64,000 bases of DNA from an uncultured delta proteobacterium (GTDB taxonomy: Bacteria > Myxococcota_A > Polyangia > Polyangiales > JAFGIB01), in contig CAVZVA010000009.1 in assembly GCA_963778655.1 (NCBI GenBank), forward strand, positions 768,001-832,000, read 5' to 3'. Below are positions 56,779-64,000 of the stretch, in pieces. The notes below the pieces were generated by a model. The model had not been told where the DNA came from and did no database searches. It saw only the letters and a list, made by a program, of their open reading frames with translations. The position numbers and the translations under genes were made by a program. The first letter of the stretch is position 1. The number at the start of each line of letters is the position of its first letter.

Positions 56779-59700
56779 ATGACTGAGGGCGCCGCGTCCG
56801 CAACGGGCCGTTATGCCGTTAGGGACAAGCTCGGTCAGGGGGGAATGGGCGCCGTCTATCGGGCGACGGACCTGCAGACCGGTCTCGACGTCGCGCTGAA
56901 GCGCTTGCGCCCGTCAGAGGGCGCGAAGCATAGCGGCAGGTACGTCGAGCTATTCCACCAGGAGTTCCGCACGCTCGCCCAGCTCGCGCATCCGAATGTC
57001 GTGTCGGTGCACGACTTCGGTGCGGACGAGCACGGGCCGTACTACACGATGGAGCTGCTCGCAGGCGAGGACCTCCACGTGCTCGCGCCGCTGCCGTGGG
57101 TAGAGGCCTGCGCGCTGATGCGCGACGTCTGCTCCGCGATCGCGCTGCTGCATTCGCGCAGACTGCTGCACCGCGATCTCTCGCCGCGCAACGTGCAGCG
57201 GACTCGCGAACGCCGCGCCAAGTTGATCGACTTCGGCGCGATGGCACCCATGGGTCGGTGCAAGACTGTCGTCGGCACGCCGCCGCTGGTGCCGCCCGAA
57301 GCGTTGCTGCAACAGCCGCTCGACGCGCGCGCCGATCTGTTCGCGGTAGGCGGCACGCTCTACTACGCCCTCACGGGCAAGCACGCCTATCGGGCGCACC
57401 AGATCGCGCAGCTGAGCGCCGCATGGGCCAGGCCGCCGCTGCCGCCGTCCGAGCACGTACCCGGCATCCCGAGCGAGCTCGATCAACTGGTGCTGAGCCT
57501 GCTCAGCCTCGAACCGCTCGCACGCCCGTCCAGCGCGGCCGAGGTGCTCGACCGCCTCGCCGCGATCGCGGCGCTTCCTCGCGATGAGCATCTCGCGGTC
57601 TCGCATGCGTACCTGTCGACGCCAGAGTTGGTCGCGCGCGCGGAGCCACTGGCGCGCGTGCGCGGACGCCTCGCCGCGCTACACGCCGGTCAGGGCGGCG
57701 TGATCGCGATCGAGGGCGCTCCCGGGATGGGGCGTTCACGCATGCTCGATGCCTGCGTGCTCGAGGCCAAGCTCGCGCACATGGTCGTGGCTCGCGCGAG
57801 CGGCGCGGACGCGGCGACCGGAAGCTATGGCGCACTGCGCTCGCTGGTACGGCAGCTCGGCGAGCTGCATGAGGGCCCCAAGGTCTCGGCATTGCACGCG
57901 GAGGCGCTCGCGCTGCTCGCCGCCGGCGGCATCATGCCAGAGCTCGACGCTGCGCGGCGTCCCGAGCTTCAGGAGGCGTTCCAGGCTCAGCTCGAAGCGA
58001 TCGCACGCGTGCAGCCCGTGGTGGTCGCGATCGACGATGCAGAGCGTTGCGACGAGCCGTCGCTCGCTGCCCTGGCCGTGGCGTCTGCCCGCGCGACCGC
58101 TCGCGTGCTGTTCGCGGTGAGCTGTCTGCCGGTTGAGCACGAGGACCGCGCAGGTCCGCTCGGGACGCTGACGCGCGAGGCCTCGTGCATCGCTCTGCTC
58201 CCGCTCGGCCGGGCAGACACAGAAGCGCTGCTCGCATCGGTGTTCGGCGAGGTGCCATACCTCCAGACCCTGGCTTCGAGAATTCACGAACGCGCCGAAG
58301 GGAGCCCCCGCGGCTGCCTGGAGTTGAGCCAGTACCTGCTCGACCACGGGCTCGTGCACTATGAAATGGGCAGCTGGGTGCTGCCTCCCGCGCTCGCGGA
58401 CGCGCAGCTTCCCGGCACCTTGTCGGTCGCGCGCCGCGAGAAGCTCGCCGCATTGTCGGTGGACGCGCGCGAGCTGGCCGAGGCGCTGGCGCTGTGTGAA
58501 GGCACGGCGCTCGACGTCGAAGCCTACGCCGAGCTCACCGGGGCCGGCGACCGAGACCGCGTGCGTAGGGCACTCGACGAGCTCCTGTCGGCGCACGTCC
58601 TGTGCATGGAAGACGCGACCTACGTGTTCGATGCGCAGATCTGGCACGAGGAGCTCGAGTCCTGTCTGGATCCCGCCGACGCGAAGCGCGCGTGCGGCCG
58701 CATCGCCGATGCGCTCGCGCGTCGCGGCCGCGACCGGCTCGAGATCGCGTGCTATCGACTCCGCGCAGGTCAGGCGTCAGCCGCGATCGACCTCCTGCTC
58801 GAGGAGCTCGGACATGGCTCGCGCTGGAACAGGGCGCCGCCCGAGTACGGCAAGCTGCTGCGCGGCGCGATCGATGTTTGCCGGGAGCTCTCGCGGCCGC
58901 GCCGCGACCGGATGACGCTGCTGCGCGAGCTGATCAAAGTGGATCAGGATCTCGGCGCGCCGGATCTGCGCGACCACACGCTCGCGCTGCTTGCGGAGCT
59001 GCGGCGGGACAGCGGTCTCGACCAATGGGAACAGCCCGGCGGACCGACCGAGCCGCTGGCCCGCTTGCAACACGTGTGCGAGCAGATCAAAGCGCAGCAC
59101 GAGACCGCGGCGGCGAGCGAGCGGGGCTTTGCGCAGCTCGATGCGATCATTGCCCTCGGCGTGCTGGCCGCCGAAACCTGTGCGATCGCCACGCGCACCG
59201 GTGACGCGTCGCTGCTCGACGTCTTGCCCAGATTCGAGCCGTTCTATCCGCTCTCGCACGCCCTACGGCGCATCGACGAGGCGACGCTGCCCGCGTGCCG
59301 CGCCGTCGTCGCCGGGCGCTACGAGGAGGCGTGCGAGCGGTACCAGAAACAGCTCGCCGACCTGCTCGATCCGGCCTCGGCGGGCGTGCCCGAGGAGCTT
59401 CGGTCATGGGGCATGCGTGCGCTCCATTATGCGATCGGTAACATCGAGGCGAGCATCGGTCGGGAACAGGCGCTGGCTCACGCGGCCGCGATCGAAGGCG
59501 TCCCGGGCTGGCTCGTGCCCGCGTACAGCATCAAGCAGGTCTACCACCTCACCATGGGCAACTTGCGGCAAGCCGAGCGTTATCGCAGGCAGATCGAGCT
59601 GACCCGGCTGCAGAGTCCGATCAAGCCGCCCCTTGCGGCGGCTGCGGTGTTCCAGCACGTGTTCGTGTTCGCGATGACCGACAACCCCAACGGCATGCGC

Positions 59701-60822
59701 ACTGCGATCCCGGAGCTCGAGGCGCTCGGACGCTTGCATCCGGGAATGCGCCCGTTCGTGCCCTACGCACGGGCGGAGCACGCGCGCATCTGCGGCAACT
59801 ACGATGAGGCGCTCGCGCTCATCGAGCAAGCGCACAAAGAGGTCCGCCCCGGTGAGCATCCGGTCTGGCCCTGGCTCGTGGCGAGCACGCTCTTTACGAT
59901 GTTCGCGCAGGGCCGCTACGCCGAGGCGCACGCGATCGCGCTGCGCGCGAGCGAGACGGCCAACAACGTCGGCCTCAAGGTGCTGCGCGGCAACCTCGAT
60001 TTGCCGCTCGCCCTGATCGAGGCCAAGCTCTCCGACTTCGAGAGCGCCTGCGCGCGCATCGAGCGTTTGATCGAGGACCGCATGGCTCGCCGCATGCACG
60101 GGGTGGCGCTCGGCGCGATGCATGAGGTGCGCGCGCGCATCGCCGTATGGATGAACGACGCGCAAGCGTTCGAGCTCCACGCAGGGCTCTGCGCACAGCA
60201 CTTCAGGAAAAGCGGCGGTGAGCCCGCACTCGCCGCCAAGTACGAGCGCCTCATGCAAGAGGCGCGGCCCCGCGGCCTTTCGCTGCGCAGCGAGATGACC
60301 GAAGCGATGGCAGGTCAGACCACCCTCGAGCGCATGCCGCCTACGGGGAGCCAAGAGATGATACGCGTCGCGGACAGCAAGCTGGCTGCGTGCGGATCGT
60401 GCCAGGAGCGGATGCAGCGCGCGGTCGAGCTGCTCGCGAACGCCGCGTCGGCTCAGCACGCGGAGTTGTTCGTCCCCGGATCGGATACCCTGATCCGGGC
60501 CGCGTCCACGGCTGAGGGGCTGTCCGGACAGACCCTGGTCCCAGCGCTGTCGCGCATGCTCGACGCGGGCGGCGGGGCTGCCGGGACGGCGTTCACGGCC
60601 GAGCTGGAGGTCGTCGGGCCCGTGCTGCAGGACGGCTCGCTCGCGCGGCTCTGGCCCCTGCTCCTGGTCGAGCCGCGCGAAGACTCCACCGCGATCGCGG
60701 GGATCGTGGTGCTCTACTTCCGTGCGTCCGCGCCCGTCCGGCTTCCGAGCGAGATCGGGCGGGTCGTCGCGACGGCGCTGATCGAGGCGGGCGACGTGGT
60801 CCCGCACCTGATCCCGGCATGA
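56779..60822 (+). CDS. Ser/Thr protein kinase fused to AAA/STAND-like ATPase and helical repeats
   Basis: LGQGGMGAVY, VALK, HRDLSPRN, DFG; GAPGMGRS P-loop and IDDAE. Confidence 0.88.
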   Translation: MTEGAASATGRYAVRDKLGQGGMGAVYRATDLQTGLDVALKRLRPSEGAKHSGRYVELFHQEFRTLAQLAHPNVVSVHDFGADEHGPYYTMELLAGEDLHVLAPLPWVEACALMRDVCSAIALLHSRRLLHRDLSPRNVQRTRERRAKLIDFGAMAPMGRCKTVVGTPPLVPPEALLQQPLDARADLFAVGGTLYYALTGKHAYRAHQIAQLSAAWARPPLPPSEHVPGIPSELDQLVLSLLSLEPLARPSSAAEVLDRLAAIAALPRDEHLAVSHAYLSTPELVARAEPLARVRGRLAALHAGQGGVIAIEGAPGMGRSRMLDACVLEAKLAHMVVARASGADAATGSYGALRSLVRQLGELHEGPKVSALHAEALALLAAGGIMPELDAARRPELQEAFQAQLEAIARVQPVVVAIDDAERCDEPSLAALAVASARATARVLFAVSCLPVEHEDRAGPLGTLTREASCIALLPLGRADTEALLASVFGEVPYLQTLASRIHERAEGSPRGCLELSQYLLDHGLVHYEMGSWVLPPALADAQLPGTLSVARREKLAALSVDARELAEALALCEGTALDVEAYAELTGAGDRDRVRRALDELLSAHVLCMEDATYVFDAQIWHEELESCLDPADAKRACGRIADALARRGRDRLEIACYRLRAGQASAAIDLLLEELGHGSRWNRAPPEYGKLLRGAIDVCRELSRPRRDRMTLLRELIKVDQDLGAPDLRDHTLALLAELRRDSGLDQWEQPGGPTEPLARLQHVCEQIKAQHETAAASERGFAQLDAIIALGVLAAETCAIATRTGDASLLDVLPRFEPFYPLSHALRRIDEATLPACRAVVAGRYEEACERYQKQLADLLDPASAGVPEELRSWGMRALHYAIGNIEASIGREQALAHAAAIEGVPGWLVPAYSIKQVYHLTMGNLRQAERYRRQIELTRLQSPIKPPLAAAAVFQHVFVFAMTDNPNGMRTAIPELEALGRLHPGMRPFVPYARAEHARICGNYDEALALIEQAHKEVRPGEHPVWPWLVASTLFTMFAQGRYAEAHAIALRASETANNVGLKVLRGNLDLPLALIEAKLSDFESACARIERLIEDRMARRMHGVALGAMHEVRARIAVWMNDAQAFELHAGLCAQHFRKSGGEPALAAKYERLMQEARPRGLSLRSEMTEAMAGQTTLERMPPTGSQEMIRVADSKLAACGSCQERMQRAVELLANAASAQHAELFVPGSDTLIRAASTAEGLSGQTLVPALSRMLDAGGGAAGTAFTAELEVVGPVLQDGSLARLWPLLLVEPREDSTAIAGIVVLYFRASAPVRLPSEIGRVVATALIEAGDVVPHLIPA

Positions 60823-61022
60823 AGACGGGAAGGTACGGGACGGGCCTCGACGGTTCCATCGTGCTGCCGGACGGTTGTGAGAGGAGCGTCCGAACGGCCG
60901 GCCTGTGGCGAGGCTCGAGAGCCGCCTGCGCGGACGCGAGATCGAAGACTGCGAGCAGAGCACGCCCAACGCGGCGGGCACGCTCGCGATCGCACCCCGC
61001 CGACAAGGCGGCCGTGATCAGG

Positions 61023-61925
61023 TCATTTATGCTCGGGGCCCGACTCTTCACTCGTCAGCTTCTTGCGGATCAGCTGCAGCTCGCTTCGGCGCTCGTCGGT
61101 CGGCTCGGGGTAGCTCATCTTCAGCTTGTTGAACACGTGTAGGATGATCTCCGAGACGATCAGCCGAGCGTTCTCCTTGTCGTCGGCCGGAACGACGTAC
61201 CATGGCGCGTCCTTCGTGCTCGTCGCGCCGAGGCACTCCTCGTACGCTTTCCTGTAGCGCTTCCAGAACTTCCTCTCTTCGACATCCGCGAGACTGAGCT
61301 TCCAGTTCTTGTCCGGATCGTCGATGCGCTCGAGAAAGCGCTTTCGCTGTTCCTCCTTCGAGAGGTGAAGGAAAAATTTGATGATGCGCGTGCCGTTCCG
61401 GTGAAGGTGATTCTCGAGGTTCACGATGGACTTGTACCTCCCACGCCAGACGTCTTCTTCGTCGAGCAAGAGCTCGTCGGGCAGCCTCTGCGTGCGCAGG
61501 ATGTCCGGGTGCACACGAACGATCAGCACCTCCTCGTAGTATGAGCGGTTGAAGATGCCGATACGGCCCCGCTCCGGAAGGGAGCGGGTCGTGCGCCAGA
61601 GAAAATCGTGATCCAGCTCGGTCGCGCTTGGATGCTTGAAGCTGAAGACCTGGCAGCCTTGTGGATTGACGCCCGACATCACGTGCCGGATGGCGCCGTC
61701 CTTTCCGGCAGCGTCCATCGCCTGAAAGATCACGAGTACCGCGTACCGATTGGAAGCGTAGTGAAGACGCTGCAGCGAGCTCAGTTCTTCGACCTGCTTC
61801 TGGAGCAGCTTCTTGTATTCTTTCTTCGACTCGTAGATGGGTTTCGTGAGCGTCTTCCACTCGTCCAGGTTCACCTTCTTGTCCGGAGATACCCGGAAGT
61901 CGTGCGGATCGATCGTCTTCTTCAT
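61023..61925 (-). CDS. ppk2: Polyphosphate kinase 2 family protein (class III-like)
   Basis: [53 protein letters not shown]. Confidence 0.92.
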   Translation of the reverse strand: MKKTIDPHDFRVSPDKKVNLDEWKTLTKPIYESKKEYKKLLQKQVEELSSLQRLHYASNRYAVLVIFQAMDAAGKDGAIRHVMSGVNPQGCQVFSFKHPSATELDHDFLWRTTRSLPERGRIGIFNRSYYEEVLIVRVHPDILRTQRLPDELLLDEEDVWRGRYKSIVNLENHLHRNGTRIIKFFLHLSKEEQRKRFLERIDDPDKNWKLSLADVEERKFWKRYRKAYEECLGATSTKDAPWYVVPADDKENARLIVSEIILHVFNKLKMSYPEPTDERRSELQLIRKKLTSEESGPEHK

Positions 61926-61957
61926 GGTGTGGCACTCCTCCGTGAACCTGGTCCGAT

Positions 61958-62155
61958 TCAATGCGCCCGAATCTCCCGCTACGCCCTGAGCCAGTCCTCG
62001 TCTGCACTGCCGTCGCTGCGCTCGTCGTATAGCTCATGCGCGCGTGTGTCGCGGTCTGCGGCCTGAGATCGAGAGGCGTCTTGTTCTTGAGCAACAGCGC
62101 TGCCTGGGTCGCGTCGAAGATCCGATACGCGAGCAGCTTGATCCGGTCGGAAGGT
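61958..62155 (-). pseudogene. C-terminal remnant with DUF2934-like motif, possibly the tail of a proton-efflux P-type ATPase
   Basis: DRIKLLAYRIFD...DLRPQ then shifted frame [23 protein letters not shown] with an internal TAG. Confidence 0.5.
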
Positions 62156-62260
62156 GACGGGTTCCAGTCCTTGCCAGAGTACGGCAGCGGATGGGACGGC
62201 ATCAAGCCAGCGGGCGACCGGAGCTCGAGGCGGTCGAGCACATGATCTGATTGGACTGCG

Positions 62261-62370
62261 TTAGTAGATATCATCGAGGTTGGCACTGGTGCGCCCGTGC
62301 CACCCTTGCTCGAAGCTGACGCCCGCAATGCCACTCAGGATGTCGATGCGAACGGCTCGTGGGCCAGCGT
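62261..62370 (-). pseudogene. Fragment resembling a nucleotidyltransferase-family protein
   Basis: VRIDILSGIAGVSFEQGW motif only. Confidence 0.4.
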
Positions 62371-62432
62371 CGCCATACCGTCTGGTTCTGCGAAATGGGC
62401 GCTGGCCGTGGCTGCGTCTCGGGGAACCAATC

Positions 62433-63098
62433 TCACCACGGCAGCCGTTCGCCGTTCTGATGCCAGAAACCACCGCTCGTCGCCATGGTCAGCGCGTCGA
62501 TGCGGGCGAGCAGGCCCTTGGCGGCCTCAGCGGGCTCGACCTGGCCATGGCCTTCGGTCATGTCGGTCTTGACCATGCCGGGATGCAAGATCGCGACTGC
62601 CACGCCTGTCGCTTCGAGATCGCGCGAGAGAGACTTGGCGGCCATGTTCAGCGCGGCTTTGCTCATGCGGTAGCCGTACGCGCCGCCCGAGCCGTTGTCG
62701 CCTATCGAACCCATGCGGCTGGTGATGAAGGCGAGCTTGGAGCGACTGACCAGCGCGGATCGCAGCGCGTACGTGATGCGCAGCGGAGCCAAGGCATTCA
62801 CCTCAAACTGACGCCGAATCGCATCGACGTCCAACATCTCGCCGCGTTCTCGCCACTCCAGAATTCCGGCATTGTGGATCAGCAGGTCGATTTTGCGCAT
62901 GCCGACGGCGCGAGCGAGCTTCGCGATCCCCGAATCATCGGTGACCTCGACACCCTCGACGATCTCGACTCCCAACTTCGCCAGCGCAGGGCTGACGCGG
63001 CGGCAGCTCGCGAGAACCGAATACCCGCGCTCGGCGAGCAGCGATACGAGCGCGAGGCCGATGCCACGATTGGCGCCGGTGACGACCGCGAACGGCAT
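62433..63098 (-). CDS. Short-chain dehydrogenase/reductase, CsgA-like subfamily
   Basis: TGANRGIG, NAG, TSRMGS, YGYRMSKAALNM, LHPG.VKTDM, terminal LPW. Confidence 0.9.
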   Translation of the reverse strand: MPFAVVTGANRGIGLALVSLLAERGYSVLASCRRVSPALAKLGVEIVEGVEVTDDSGIAKLARAVGMRKIDLLIHNAGILEWRERGEMLDVDAIRRQFEVNALAPLRITYALRSALVSRSKLAFITSRMGSIGDNGSGGAYGYRMSKAALNMAAKSLSRDLEATGVAVAILHPGMVKTDMTEGHGQVEPAEAAKGLLARIDALTMATSGGFWHQNGERLPW

Positions 63099-63345
63099 GC
63101 CAGCGTTCTTGGCATCGTCGGGGCGTCCTGGCAAGCGGGCGGCGCAGTCAGGCTTGGGTCATGTGTCGATCATCGGGCTGCGTGCGCCGGTCGCCGCCCT
63201 GCAGGGCGCCGGGGTCGCGCGGGAGCGGTCCCGTGTGGAGGCTGGGCTCCTCGCCGCGCAGCTCGACGATGCGTACACCCGATTTCCGCTGGCCGGCTCG
63301 CGCGCGCAGTGCTCTCGACATTGCACGATAGGCAACTTGGCGTCA

Positions 63346-63924
63346 TCAGTGGCGGGCCAGCTCGAGCAGCCTCACCAAGTCGTCCTTGGTCAGCTTGCGT
63401 ATCTCCTGTCTGAGCTCCGGTGGCCACGGGCGAGGGCCGACCGAGCCGATCGTCTTCGCAAGATCGCAGATCGCGAGCTCGTTCAGAGCGACGGGGGAAG
63501 AGACGAGACCGATTGTCGGGGCCAGGTCCCGCTGCTTCTTTAGCTTGGCATGAAGATCCGTGTGCGGCTGCTCTGGGAGCGGACCCGCAAATCGATAGCC
63601 GTACCCGCGCAGCGTCTTGATGAAACCTGGGCTCGTGGACGAATTTCCCAGCGCCTTGCGGATTTCCCAGACCGCTTGGCTCAGCGAGCCACTGGCAACC
63701 CGGACGTTGGGCCACAGCGCGCGGAGCAGCTCGGCGCGTGAAACCGGACGCGGGCGATTTCGAATCAGGTACACCAGGACGTCCAGCGACCTGCTGGTGA
63801 GCGCTACCGGGCGTCCATTTCTGCGCAGCTCGCAGGCAGCCGGCTCGAGCTCGAATTCTCCGAATCTGTAGTGCTCGTGTGAGCTGGCGCTCGCTGCATG
63901 GTTCGATTGCGTGACGTGTTCCAT
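63346..63924 (-). CDS. OmpR/CadC-type winged-helix transcriptional regulator
   Basis: YRFGEFEL...LRRNG...L.YLIRN..RPVSR.ELL..LW...IKTLRGYGYRF; AGGAG RBS. Confidence 0.85.
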   Translation of the reverse strand: MEHVTQSNHAASASSHEHYRFGEFELEPAACELRRNGRPVALTSRSLDVLVYLIRNRPRPVSRAELLRALWPNVRVASGSLSQAVWEIRKALGNSSTSPGFIKTLRGYGYRFAGPLPEQPHTDLHAKLKKQRDLAPTIGLVSSPVALNELAICDLAKTIGSVGPRPWPPELRQEIRKLTKDDLVRLLELARH

Positions 63925-64000
63925 GCTCCTGACTCGCGAAACACACCCGCACAGCAAAACGCCCGCTCGAGCGCTTCTTGGGTCGTCGACCGTGCTCCGG

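Overview
High-GC bacterial DNA whose gene content (tilS-ftsH-folP-cdaA-cdaR, Ser/Thr kinase-ATPase, DAG-repeat lipoprotein, CsgA-like SDR) suggests a myxobacterium (Polyangiales-like; inference). 1-40,460 is core chromosome: zinc-ribbon protein, ilvE, yajC-secD-secF-recJ, tilS-ftsH-folP-cdaA-cdaR-DsbA-like, glmM, tamB/tamA, Rieske plus cytochrome b/diheme-c fusion, acyl-CoA ligase, HEAT protein, miaB, VanZ, SNF2, lepA, an RHH regulator, two DxDxDG-repeat lipoproteins, an rluB-like synthase and tRNA-fMet, interspersed with a REP-like palindrome family and one MITE-like element. From the tRNA onward is an accessory region: a 5'-truncated large serine recombinase that reads into the tRNA 3' end, IS3 and IS21 remnants, two tyrosine-recombinase-fold genes with the same altered active site flanking a DUF1778/GNAT toxin-antitoxin pair, two ISL3 copies, a low-GC membrane gene, an adhesin-like lipoprotein, NYN, ArsC, hydrolase, kinase, PPK2, SDR, wHTH and mosaics of gene fragments. 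Three frameshifts in conserved genes (secD, tamB, SNF2) all fall on GATTCT, probably a systematic sequencing error. All family calls come from motif recognition by eye; no searches were run.
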